A stretch of 64,000 bases of DNA from Candidatus Bathyarchaeia archaeon. Its GTDB lineage: Archaea > Thermoproteota > Bathyarchaeia > Bathyarchaeales > Bathycorpusculaceae. Positions 10,226 through 19,828 of the stretch are shown piece after piece (position 1 is the stretch's first letter; every line of letters begins with the position of its first letter). The stretch is from NCBI GenBank assembly GCA_038883855.1, contig JAVZLH010000004.1, forward strand, positions 1-64,000, read 5' to 3'. The translations under genes were made by a program, and so were the position numbers. The notes under the pieces were generated by a model. The model was not told the origin of the DNA. It ran no database searches and saw only the letters and a program-made list of their open reading frames with translations.

Positions 10226-11399
10226 GGTGACAGTTTTGGAGTTTGAATTTTCTGATAGGATTAAGGCTCTTCCGCCATACTTATTCGCTAGGATGGAGGA
10301 GGTTATCCGAAAGAAACAGCAGAGCGGCGCAGACATCATATCGCTTGGCATCGGAGACCCGGACTTGCCCCCGCCAAAATTCATACTTGACGCTCTTAAA
10401 GAAGAGGCAAGCAACCCCAGAAACCATGGCTACTCCTCAAGCATCGGCGAATACGATTTCAGATTGGCGGTTGCAGAATGGTATAAGCATCGGTTCGGCG
10501 TTGACTTAGACCCGGAAAAAGAGGTAATAGCCCTCATGGGCTCAAAAGAGGGACTAAGCAACCTTGCAAGAGCATTCATCAACAACGGAGACCGCGTCCT
10601 CGTCCCAGACCCAGCATATCCCGTTTACGCCAATGGAGGAACAATTCTAAGCGGAGGAAAACCAGTATACGTTCCACTCCTTGAGGAAAACCAGTGGCTG
10701 CCAAACCTTGAGGACATAAACCCAAAAGGAGCTAAGATGCTTTACCTTAACTATCCAAACAATCCCACCGGAGCCACGGCAACAATTAAGGAACTTGAAG
10801 AATTTGTGGAATTCGCGTTGGAGAATAGGCTGATACTTTGCTATGACAACGCCTACTCAGAAATAACATTCCAAGATTATAAAGCGCCAAGCATACTTCA
10901 AATAGACGAAGCAAAAGAAGTGGCAATTGAAATGAACTCCTGTTCAAAGACATTTAACATGACAGGTGACAGAATAGCCTTTGCCGTTGGCAACAGAAAA
11001 CTCGTTGATGGACTTGCAAAAGTAAAATCACAAATAGATTCCGGCTCGCCAAAATACGTGCAAAAAGTGGCAGCCAAAGCATTAAGAACCTATAAAGGCC
11101 CAGAACTGCCAGAATACATTGTTGAAAGAAACAAAATTTATGAAAAAAGGGCGCAGATTCTCGTAAAAGAACTAAATTCCTTAGGTTTAGAATGCAAGAT
11201 GCCTAAGGCAACTTTTTATGTCTGGGCTAAATGCGGCGGAAGCTCTATGGAATTCGTCGATAAAATGTTAAGCGTAAATGTTGCAGCAACCCCAGGCGTT
11301 GGATTCGGCAATCATGGTGAAGGCTACATAAGATTTGCAGTGACCTGCCCAGAAGAGAGGATTAAAGAGGCTTGTGAACGATTAAAGAAAATACTTTAG
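10218..11399 (+). CDS. dapL: LL-diaminopimelate aminotransferase (class I PLP); true start may be TTG 10236
   Basis: LPPYLFA, LGIGDPD, GSKEG, NYPNNPTG, SCSKTFNMTG; completes the DapL route in this operon. Confidence 0.85.
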   Translation: MNEVTVLEFEFSDRIKALPPYLFARMEEVIRKKQQSGADIISLGIGDPDLPPPKFILDALKEEASNPRNHGYSSSIGEYDFRLAVAEWYKHRFGVDLDPEKEVIALMGSKEGLSNLARAFINNGDRVLVPDPAYPVYANGGTILSGGKPVYVPLLEENQWLPNLEDINPKGAKMLYLNYPNNPTGATATIKELEEFVEFALENRLILCYDNAYSEITFQDYKAPSILQIDEAKEVAIEMNSCSKTFNMTGDRIAFAVGNRKLVDGLAKVKSQIDSGSPKYVQKVAAKALRTYKGPELPEYIVERNKIYEKRAQILVKELNSLGLECKMPKATFYVWAKCGGSSMEFVDKMLSVNVAATPGVGFGNHGEGYIRFAVTCPEERIKEACERLKKIL

Positions 11400-11407
11400 C
11401 GTTTCCA

Positions 11408-12241
11408 TCAGTTATTTGCCTTTGGGTAAGATCCCAAAATTTTAATGAAAACAGTTTTGTCACGTAATCCTTCTAAAGCTTCTTTATACCTCGGCTCAGT
11501 CCAGTGACCCTCAAAGTCAAGATAGAAATTGTATTCCCATGGCTTACGCTTTGTAGGTCGCGATTCTATTTTAGTGAGATTAATTTCCCGAGACGCAAAC
11601 TCTCCTAAAGCTTTGTAAAGCGCCCCTGGAATATGTTTAACTGAAAAAATTATTGAGGTCTTATCGTTTCCCGAAGGTGGAGCCTCACTTTTGGAAAGGA
11701 CAAAAAAGCGAGTGTAATTGTCCGGGTTATCCGATATGTTTCTTTTCAGAATTTTCATTCCGTAGATTTGGGCTGCTCTTTCACTGGCAATCGCCGCAGC
11801 ATCAGCGACACCCTGTTCTTTGATTAGTTTGACGCTGCCAGCCGTGTCATAAGTGGGAATCGGCTTATAGCCCGACCTTTCCAAGAAGCTTATGCATTGC
11901 CCCAAGGCTTGGGGATGCGAATAAACGACCTTTATGGAATCTAACGTGGCGTTTAAATTTGCTATTAGGCAGTGTTCTATTTTTAGGATTATTTCACCGC
12001 ATACTTTAAGATCGTATTCCATGAACAAATCGTAAACTTGATTTACACTTCCTTCGATGGAGTTTTCCACTGGAACAACGCCATAATCCACTTCGCCAAT
12101 GTCAACGCTTCTGAAAACGTCGGAGAAAAGTTTACATGGCTTAACTTGGACGTTAGAGCCAAAATGTTTGTAAACTGCTAGCTCACTGTATGCGCCTATC
12201 TCGCCTTGAAAGGCAATTTTTAACTGTTTTGTAGTTTTCAC
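11408..12241 (-). CDS. pheA: Prephenate (or arogenate) dehydratase with ACT domain
   Basis: FQGEIGAYS, ENSIEGSV, SHPQALGQC, NYTRF, LTKIESRP. Confidence 0.96.
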   Translation of the reverse strand: MKTTKQLKIAFQGEIGAYSELAVYKHFGSNVQVKPCKLFSDVFRSVDIGEVDYGVVPVENSIEGSVNQVYDLFMEYDLKVCGEIILKIEHCLIANLNATLDSIKVVYSHPQALGQCISFLERSGYKPIPTYDTAGSVKLIKEQGVADAAAIASERAAQIYGMKILKRNISDNPDNYTRFFVLSKSEAPPSGNDKTSIIFSVKHIPGALYKALGEFASREINLTKIESRPTKRKPWEYNFYLDFEGHWTEPRYKEALEGLRDKTVFIKILGSYPKANN

Positions 12242-12416
12242 GACATGCCATCCTCAGATCGATTAGACCATTGAACTATTATGGTTTTAAACTGCTTACT
12301 TCGCAACATTGCTATCAAGTTTCATACTTTCTTATATTTTTATTGTATGCAACGTTACATAGAAAGATTTTAATATTACACAAGCAGTAATGGTTTGGTG
12401 CGAGGGCTAAAAATGA

Positions 12417-13967
12417 GGTATCGCTTTATCGAATAACTTTAAAAATAAAATTAGATTTTTTGACACAACCCTCAGAGATGGCGAACAAACACCTGGAGTT
12501 TCCCTAACCCCTGAAGAAAAAATTGAGGTAGCTAAAAAACTAGACGAAATTGGCGTAGACGCCATTGAAGCTGGTTTTGCAGCGGTTTCAAAAGGAGAAT
12601 TTGAAGCCATAAAGCTAATTGCAAAGGAAAACCTTAAGGCCGATGTCTTCAGTTTTGCAAGGGGAGTTAAAAGTGACATTGATGCAGTTATAGACAGCGA
12701 TGCAAACGCTGTTTTCTTAGTGATACCAGTCTCAGACAGACATATTGAATGTAAATTTGGAAAAACAAGAAACGAAATATTAGAGCTCGTGGAGGAATGC
12801 GTTCACTACGCGAAAGATCATGGCTTAAAAGTAGAGTTCGGAGCCGAAGACGCCACCAGAAGCGACTTTTCATTTCTAAAAGAGTTCATTGCTGCTGGTA
12901 TCCGAGCTGGGGCAGATTTAATTTCTCCATGCGACACTGTTGGAACACTTACTCCAGAAAGAACTTACGCTTTCTTCTCAGACCTAGTAAAGGAGTTTCC
13001 AGACATACCTTTCAGTGTCCACTGCCATGACGACTTTGGAATGGCAACGGCAAACTCCATAGCAGCTTTAATGGCTGGCGCAACAGAGGTGCATGCAACA
13101 ATAAATGGCATAGGCGAAAGGGCTGGAAACGCCGCTTTAGAAGAGGTGGCTGTCGCGTTAAAGCTTCTCTACAACATGGACGTTTCCATCAAGCTGGATA
13201 GATTATATGACGTTTCGATGCTTGTTTCAAGATTAGCTGGAATCCCAGTTCAGCCCAACAAAGCCATAGTAGGAGAAAACGCCTTCGCCCACGAGTCAGG
13301 CATACATACACATGCCATTTTGAAAGATCCCTTAACCTATGAGCCAATTCCGCCGGAGATTGTAGGACGCACAAGAAGGCTTGTTGTCGGTAAACACGCT
13401 GGGTCTAAAGGTATAAAGGCGGTTCTCAACGAGATGGGCATATACCCTGACGAAAGACAGCTGAAGGAAATCTTTTTCAAAGTTAAAGCGCTTGGAGACA
13501 AGGGCAAAAGAGTAACAGACGCGGATCTGAAGGCAATGGCCGAATCAATTATGAAACTTCCAAAATGTAGACCGTTTAAACTTAAAGAGCTAACAGTTGT
13601 AACTGGAAACAAAGTAACCCCAACTGCTTCTGTTAAACTCGATGTAAAGGGTGAAACTGTTGTGGGCGCAGCCACAGGCGTCGGACCAGTAGACGCGGCG
13701 ATTAACGCCGTGCGAAAAGCAGTTTCAATGGTTGAGCCTATAAAACTTGATGAGTATCACGTAAAATCCATTACTGGCGGAACCGATGCAGTAGTTGAGG
13801 TTATTGTGCGCTTAAGCAAAGGAGATAAAACAGCGGCAGTTCTCGGAATTCATGGAGATATAGTTATGGCAAGCGTGGAAGCAATGCTAAGCGGAATGAA
13901 CGCACTGTTAACAAACAACGAGGCACAGAAGGATGATTTAAAGATCTCAATAAAAGCTAGGAGGTAA
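12417..13967 (+). CDS. cimA: (R)-citramalate synthase; the open frame extends about 100 codons upstream of the ORF-track start and lacks a canonical start codon
   Basis: The frame after TGA 12414-12416 reads ...KNKIRFFDTTLRDGEQTPGVSLTPEEKIEVAKKLDEIG... and continues into the 12720 ORF. HCHDDFG and the C-terminal allosteric domain resemble methanogen CimA. Confidence 0.8.
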   Translation, partial: GIALSNNFKNKIRFFDTTLRDGEQTPGVSLTPEEKIEVAKKLDEIGVDAIEAGFAAVSKGEFEAIKLIAKENLKADVFSFARGVKSDIDAVIDSDANAVFLVIPVSDRHIECKFGKTRNEILELVEECVHYAKDHGLKVEFGAEDATRSDFSFLKEFIAAGIRAGADLISPCDTVGTLTPERTYAFFSDLVKEFPDIPFSVHCHDDFGMATANSIAALMAGATEVHATINGIGERAGNAALEEVAVALKLLYNMDVSIKLDRLYDVSMLVSRLAGIPVQPNKAIVGENAFAHESGIHTHAILKDPLTYEPIPPEIVGRTRRLVVGKHAGSKGIKAVLNEMGIYPDERQLKEIFFKVKALGDKGKRVTDADLKAMAESIMKLPKCRPFKLKELTVVTGNKVTPTASVKLDVKGETVVGAATGVGPVDAAINAVRKAVSMVEPIKLDEYHVKSITGGTDAVVEVIVRLSKGDKTAAVLGIHGDIVMASVEAMLSGMNALLTNNEAQKDDLKISIKARR

Positions 13968-13973
13968 TGTGGC

Positions 13974-14651
13974 GTGCGTAAAAAATTTAAGTGTCCACAA
14001 AAATCTAACAAAGGAAAGGCGTTAGAAATTTACGGGGTAAATAAAATCTTCAGAGAGTCAGCGGAACCGAGCCGCCAAAACGACGCTGCCATTGAGGTAG
14101 AAGGATTCGTTAATGTAAGCAAAGTTCTCCAATCGGATGAGAAAGAGGATCTTCAAAAGAAAATCGAGGCAATTATGGGAGTGCTGGAGGCTCTGGCTAA
14201 AAAGCGCATATCAATGAAACAGCTTAATTTACTTTCGAAAATAGAGGAAAATGAAGGGTTATTATACTATCAGCTTGTTGATAAAGTTTCTCAAGAGCAG
14301 AAGTTGCCAAAATCCACAGTTAGATGGAATTTAACTAAGCTTAGAGAGGCTGGATTGATAGTTGCAGGCGACAAACAAAATAAGGGATTGCCCGTGGAAC
14401 TGACCGAAAAAGGCAGGATAGCGTTGTTAGCTGTTAGTAAAAGAAGAGAAGAGTTCATGAGCAACTTTTTTTGCCCAAAACCTTTATCTGATGTAAAACC
14501 ACCAATCTACAACGGTTCAAGAACCCATATCAAAAACAAACGCGAGGAAAAATCGGCGTTGAATAATGCAAAAAACAAAGCCGATGAAGATCACGCTAAA
14601 GAAAAGTTGGAATTGTCTTTCTGGTACGAAACGAGGCTGGAAGGACCTTGA
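13974..14651 (+). CDS. Putative winged-helix transcription regulator (central wHTH, poorly conserved termini)
   Basis: LVDKVSQEQKLPKSTVRWNLTKLREAGLI...VELTEKG wHTH pattern; located between cimA and ilvB. Confidence 0.65.
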   Translation: MRKKFKCPQKSNKGKALEIYGVNKIFRESAEPSRQNDAAIEVEGFVNVSKVLQSDEKEDLQKKIEAIMGVLEALAKKRISMKQLNLLSKIEENEGLLYYQLVDKVSQEQKLPKSTVRWNLTKLREAGLIVAGDKQNKGLPVELTEKGRIALLAVSKRREEFMSNFFCPKPLSDVKPPIYNGSRTHIKNKREEKSALNNAKNKADEDHAKEKLELSFWYETRLEGP

Positions 14652-14827
14652 AAAAGTGTTTATGGAGGCAACATGATGAGGGATAGAGTTCTCCGGAGGA
14701 ATCAATGGATTCACGGCTCAAGCTAAGCCGCAAATTCCAGAGCGTGTAGACAAATCGTCACTCGTTCTTGCCAAAACTTTCTGTAAGATTGTTTATCCGC
14801 ATTTTGTATCTCCAGTGGGGGTTAACA

Positions 14828-16507
14828 ATGGAGGTCATGACAGGAGCTGAAGCTCTCATAAAAGCCCTTAAGGAGCAGGGCGTTGAGATTATTTTCGGCA
14901 TACCAGGAGGCGCCGCTCTCGACATTTACAATGCTCTATGCGACTCAAACATTAGGCATATTCTAATGAGGCATGAGCAATGTGCAGCGCATGCAGCAGA
15001 TGGATACGCCCGCGCATTAGGGCGCGTTGGAGTTTGCATGGCTACTTCGGGACCTGGTGCAACAAACTTAGTGACTGGCATAGCTGCTGCCTATATGGAT
15101 TCGTCTCCGGTGGTTGCTCTTACAGCCCAAGTTCCAACAACTTACATAGGCAGGGATGCTTTTCAAGAAGCAGACATCACTGGCATAACCAATCCTATAA
15201 CCAAACATAACTTCCAAGTGAGAACCCCTTCAGAAATTCCTTCAGTGGTTAAGAAGGCATTCTTTATTGCCCATTCTGGAAGACCAGGTCCAGTTTTGGT
15301 GGATTTTCCAAAGAACGTCCAAGCAAGTTCAGCCAAGATTGATTTCAGCAACGACATTAAGCTTCCTGGTTACCGTCCAAATTACGAGCCCCATCCATTG
15401 CAAGTTAAGAAGGCTGTTGAGTTGCTTTTGCAAGCTGAGAGACCTATGATAGTTGCTGGAGGTGGGGTTATAGCCTCTAACGCTTCAGCTGAACTAATTT
15501 CGCTTGCGGAGCTTCTTTTGGCACCGGTTGCAACGACGCTTATGGGTAAGGGCTGCATTCCAGAAAATCATCCTTTGGCAACTGGAATGATGGGGATGCA
15601 TGGAACGGTTGCGTCGAACCGCTTAATTCAAGAGGCAGATGTCATCCTTGCGGTTGGCGTGAGGTTTTCAGATAGAACAATTGGCAGGATAGACGAGTTT
15701 GGCAAAGACGTGAGAATCATACATATTGACATAGACTCGGCTGAAATAGGTAAAAATGTCGAGGCCCACGTGCCAATAGTAGCTGATGCCAAGCGCGCAT
15801 TAAACGAAATCCGTAAACTGCTTCAGGAAAACTTCAAAAAGAAAGAACGGTCGGTTTGGATGGCTAAACTTAAGGAACTAAAGGAGCAGCTTGAGGAAAA
15901 AGCAAATTGCACAGAAGGTATAAAGCCGCCCAAGTTGATGGTTGAAATTCGCAAAATGCTTCCCGAAAACGCCATAATAACAACTGAAGTCGGTCAACAT
16001 CAGATGTGGGCGGCGCTTCATTTAAAGATTTACAAGCCTAGAACCTTCATATCATCTGGTGGACTTGGGGCAATGGGTTTTGGGTTTCCAGCCGCTATAG
16101 GCGCCAAAGTAGCTTGTCCAAATGTCCCGGTAGTAGATATTGCTGGGGATGGCAGTTTCATAATGAATGAACAAGAGCTGGCCACTTCAGTTACCGAGCA
16201 AATTCCAGTAGTGGTTGTTATTTTGAACAATTCGATGCTTGGAATGGTTGCACAGTGGCAGAGACTTTTCTATAAAAGGCGATACTTTGCTGTCAATTTG
16301 GGCAAGGTTCCCGACTTTGTAAAGTTGGCAGAGGCTTATGGTGCGCAAGGTTTCCACGTTCAATCAATCGAAGAATTTTCTTCAGCGTTCAAAAACGCGT
16401 TAAAAAGCGATGTCACAACCGTTATAGACGTGCCCATTCATCCAGAAGAAAACGTTTTTCCAATGGTGCCTGCTGGAAAGGCATTAAAAGAAATGATGTG
16501 GGAGTGA
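14828..16507 (+). CDS. ilvB: Acetolactate synthase large subunit
   Basis: MTGAEAL, RHEQCAAHAADG, TSGPGATN, GDGS ThDP motif. Start reassigned to ATG 14828, after SD GGGGGT. Confidence 0.97.
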   Translation: MEVMTGAEALIKALKEQGVEIIFGIPGGAALDIYNALCDSNIRHILMRHEQCAAHAADGYARALGRVGVCMATSGPGATNLVTGIAAAYMDSSPVVALTAQVPTTYIGRDAFQEADITGITNPITKHNFQVRTPSEIPSVVKKAFFIAHSGRPGPVLVDFPKNVQASSAKIDFSNDIKLPGYRPNYEPHPLQVKKAVELLLQAERPMIVAGGGVIASNASAELISLAELLLAPVATTLMGKGCIPENHPLATGMMGMHGTVASNRLIQEADVILAVGVRFSDRTIGRIDEFGKDVRIIHIDIDSAEIGKNVEAHVPIVADAKRALNEIRKLLQENFKKKERSVWMAKLKELKEQLEEKANCTEGIKPPKLMVEIRKMLPENAIITTEVGQHQMWAALHLKIYKPRTFISSGGLGAMGFGFPAAIGAKVACPNVPVVDIAGDGSFIMNEQELATSVTEQIPVVVVILNNSMLGMVAQWQRLFYKRRYFAVNLGKVPDFVKLAEAYGAQGFHVQSIEEFSSAFKNALKSDVTTVIDVPIHPEENVFPMVPAGKALKEMMWE

Positions 16508-16513
16508 AAAGGT

Positions 16514-17050
16514 TTGGAAAATGGAAATCAAGAACAACATTACGTTATCGGTGCAATAGTTGAGCATCAACCGGGAGTGTTGTTCAGAGTTACAAGTTTG
16601 ATTAGACGGAGGGGTTTTAACATACAAAGCATATCTGTTGGACCGACAGAAAAAAAAGAAATTGCAAGAATAACATTAGTTGTTACCGGAGACAAAAAGA
16701 TTGTGGAGCAAGTTGTTAAACAACTGAACAAGCTTGTTGAAGTAATAAAAGTAAGCATAATAAACCCTGAACGGGCAGTTGTCCGCGAGCTTGCATTAAT
16801 AAAAGTTAACGCTCCGAGGGGCGTTAAGTCAGAGATAATTAACTACGCGAAAATCTTTAAGGGTCACATAGTTGACGCTTCACCAAATTCTTTAACAGTC
16901 GAAGTCACCGGTGATTCTGACAAAATCGACGCTTTCATAAAGCTTTTAAAGCCTCATGGAATTAAAGAAGTAGCTAGAACCGGTATAACTGCTCTTTCAA
17001 GAGGAATAGAATCCGTTAATAATAAAAAGGAAGGTGGAAGAACTCTATGA
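16514..17050 (+). CDS. ilvN: Acetolactate synthase small regulatory subunit
   Basis: [21 protein letters not shown] domain, [14 protein letters not shown]. Confidence 0.95.
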   Translation: MENGNQEQHYVIGAIVEHQPGVLFRVTSLIRRRGFNIQSISVGPTEKKEIARITLVVTGDKKIVEQVVKQLNKLVEVIKVSIINPERAVVRELALIKVNAPRGVKSEIINYAKIFKGHIVDASPNSLTVEVTGDSDKIDAFIKLLKPHGIKEVARTGITALSRGIESVNNKKEGGRTL

Positions 17051-18036
17051 AAAAAGTGTATTATGATTCAGACGCAAACTTGAATATCTTGAAAGATAAA
17101 AAATTGGCTGTAATAGGATATGGAAGCCAGGGAGAAGCCCAAGCGAAAAATCTCAAAGATTCAGGTTTGAACGTGGTCATTGGCGTTAGACAAAATGGAG
17201 AGTCGTGGAAGAGGGCGGAAAAAGACGGTTTTGAAGTATATCCTATTTCAGAGGCAGTGAAGAAGGGCGATATCGTATTACTCTTAATTCCAGACACTTC
17301 CCAACCAGACGTCTACAAAGACTCAATAGCCCCATATCTAACTGAGGGAAAAACCATAGACTTTGCACATGGCTTCAATATCCACTACAAACAAATAATC
17401 CCACCCAAAAACGTCGATGTTATCATGGTAGCTCCAAAAAGCCCTGGACCAAGAGTAAGAGAAACATACCTCAGCGGCTTCGGTGCACCGGCACTTATAG
17501 CTGTATACCAAAATTACACTGGACAAGCCAAAGAAACAGCCTTGGCAATTTCAAAAGGGCTTGGATGTACCAGAGCCGGTGTACTAGAAACCACATTTAA
17601 AGACGAGGTTGAAAGTGACCTAATAGGCGAGCAAACAGTTCTCGTTGGAGGATTAATCGAACTTATAAAGAAAGGGTTCGAGGTTCTGGTTGAAACTGGC
17701 TATCCGCCAGAACTTGCCTACTTTGAAGTTTGCAACGAGGCAAAATTGATAATGGACCTAATCTATCAGGGAGGCATAAGTGGAATGTTAAAAGCTGTTT
17801 CGGACACCGCGAAATATGGCGGCTTAACTGTTGGACCAAAAGTTCTAGATGAACACGTCAAAGAAAACATGAGAAAAGCCGCTGAGAATGTTAAGAATGG
17901 AAGCTTTGCCAAAGAATGGATAGAAGAGCATAGAAAAGGCGAGAAAAAACTGAAAGCTTTAATGAAAGAAATGGAAAACCACGAAATAGAGCGTGTAGGC
18001 AAGTTCCTAAGGAAAATGGCTGGCATAGAAAAGTAA
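17047..18036 (+). CDS. ilvC: Ketol-acid reductoisomerase
   Basis: [37 protein letters not shown]. Confidence 0.98.
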   Translation: MKKVYYDSDANLNILKDKKLAVIGYGSQGEAQAKNLKDSGLNVVIGVRQNGESWKRAEKDGFEVYPISEAVKKGDIVLLLIPDTSQPDVYKDSIAPYLTEGKTIDFAHGFNIHYKQIIPPKNVDVIMVAPKSPGPRVRETYLSGFGAPALIAVYQNYTGQAKETALAISKGLGCTRAGVLETTFKDEVESDLIGEQTVLVGGLIELIKKGFEVLVETGYPPELAYFEVCNEAKLIMDLIYQGGISGMLKAVSDTAKYGGLTVGPKVLDEHVKENMRKAAENVKNGSFAKEWIEEHRKGEKKLKALMKEMENHEIERVGKFLRKMAGIEK

Positions 18037-18064
18037 ACTGTAACGCCAAAATTTTTCGGGATAG

Positions 18065-19330
18065 ATGAACACAGTGAACATCAGTGAAAAAATTTTAGCG
18101 AAGGCCTCTGGAAAAAAGAACGTAAGCCCAGGAGAAATTGTTGAAGCCACCGTGGATATGGCGATGATTAATGAGATAACTGGTCCATTAGCAATTGAAG
18201 CCTTCCATAAGATTGGGGTCGAAAAAGTTTGGGACAAAAAGCGAATAGTAATGGTTTTAGACCACCAAGTTCCAGCAGACTCTGTTAAATCGGCGGAACT
18301 TCATAAAATAATGAGGGAATTCGCTAAAGAACAGCAAATCCCAAATTTCTATGATGTTGGATTTGGCGGAGTATGCCATCAAGTTATGGTTGAAAAGGGA
18401 CACGTAAAACCCGGAGAACTAATTGTGGGCGCGGACTCTCACACTTGCACTTACGGCGCTTTAGGAGCTTTTGCAACGGGAGTAGGTTCCACGGAGATTG
18501 CCTCTGTCTTCGCAACTGGCAAAATATGGCTGAAAGTTCCGGAAACAATAAAAATAAATGTGGAAGGCGTGTTTCAAAAGTTTGTTACAGCAAAAGATCT
18601 AATTCTAAACCTCATCGGGCAAATTGGAGCCGACGGGGCAACTTATAAGGCTATGGAATTTGCTGGTTCAACAATTGAACGTTTAAGCGTAGGTGAAAGA
18701 ATGACGCTTTGCAACATGGTTGTGGAAGCAGGAGCCAAGACTGGAATTGTTAACCCAGACGAAAAAACACTGGCTTATGTAAAAAACAGAACTAGCGGAT
18801 CATTCAAACCTTTGAAAAGCGACCCAGACGCTAATTACGAAAAAACAGTTGACTTAAGTGTTGATGAGCTAGAACCGCAAGTTGCATGCCCCCACTCCGT
18901 GGATAACGTGAAGGCTGTTTCTGAAGTGGAGGGGATCCCCATAGACCAAGCCTTCATAGGCTCATGCACCAACGGCAGAATCGAAGACCTAAGACTAGCG
19001 GCAAGCATCATTAAAGGAAAGAAAGTTAAAAACGGAGTGCGAATGCTCATAACTCCAGCCTCGCAAGAAGTGTATTTAGACGCCCTAAAGGAAGGCTTAT
19101 TGGAAATATTCGTTGAGTCTGGAGCATATGTTTGCAGTCCAACTTGCGGAGCGTGTTTCGGCGGGCACATGGGCTTACTTGCCGACGGGGAAACTTGCAT
19201 AAGTTCTTCTAATAGAAACTTTGTTGGAAGAATGGGAAGCCCTAAAGCAAAAATATACTTAGCCTCACCAGCCACGGTTGCAGCCTCGGCGGTTAAAGGC
19301 GAAATAACAGACCCTAGGGAGCTGAAGTAG
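18065..19330 (+). CDS. leuC: Isopropylmalate/citramalate isomerase large subunit
   Basis: DHQVP, GVCHQ, GADSHTCT, GSCTNGR, CGACFG, NRNFVGRMG. Confidence 0.95.
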   Translation: MNTVNISEKILAKASGKKNVSPGEIVEATVDMAMINEITGPLAIEAFHKIGVEKVWDKKRIVMVLDHQVPADSVKSAELHKIMREFAKEQQIPNFYDVGFGGVCHQVMVEKGHVKPGELIVGADSHTCTYGALGAFATGVGSTEIASVFATGKIWLKVPETIKINVEGVFQKFVTAKDLILNLIGQIGADGATYKAMEFAGSTIERLSVGERMTLCNMVVEAGAKTGIVNPDEKTLAYVKNRTSGSFKPLKSDPDANYEKTVDLSVDELEPQVACPHSVDNVKAVSEVEGIPIDQAFIGSCTNGRIEDLRLAASIIKGKKVKNGVRMLITPASQEVYLDALKEGLLEIFVESGAYVCSPTCGACFGGHMGLLADGETCISSSNRNFVGRMGSPKAKIYLASPATVAASAVKGEITDPRELK

Positions 19331-19828
19331 ATGAAAGTTCATGGAAAAGCCGTGGTTTTCGGAGACGATGTCAACACCGACGTGATTATTCCAAGCAAAT
19401 ACTTAACTTTGCTTGACCCTAACGAGTTGGCGAAACACGCCATGGAAGGCTTAGACCCGAAATTCCCGTCTAAAGCCCGCGAAGGCGTCATAATGATTGC
19501 TGGAAAAAATTTTGGCTGCGGCTCAAGCCGCGAGCAAGCTCCAATAGCCCTAAAACACGCAGGCGTAAAATGTGTTGTCGCTAAGTCTTTTGCCCGCATA
19601 TTTTACAGAAACGCCATAAACATCGGTCTACCTGTCCTAGAATGCTCTGCCATTAAAGAAAAAACAAGCGAAGGTGACGAACTAGTCGTAAACTTGGCGG
19701 ATGGACAAATAATAAACGCAACCAAAAACATTAGTTTCCAAGCTAATAAGCTGCCAGAATTTATTTTGGAAATCATAAACGCTGGTGGTTTAATAGAACA
19801 CTTAAAAAAGAGGTTGAAAAACTCATGA
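19331..19828 (+). CDS. leuD: Isopropylmalate/citramalate isomerase small subunit
   Basis: DVNTDVIIP, NFGCGSSREQA, SFARIFYRN. Confidence 0.95.
   Translation: MKVHGKAVVFGDDVNTDVIIPSKYLTLLDPNELAKHAMEGLDPKFPSKAREGVIMIAGKNFGCGSSREQAPIALKHAGVKCVVAKSFARIFYRNAINIGLPVLECSAIKEKTSEGDELVVNLADGQIINATKNISFQANKLPEFILEIINAGGLIEHLKKRLKNS

Noticed and set aside
14768-14827. Leu/Ile/Val-containing stretch MPKLSVRLFIRILYLQWGLT before ilvB as a branched-chain leader
   Set aside because: It is in frame with ilvB with no stop, has no SD and no convincing alternative stems; probably just upstream open frame.
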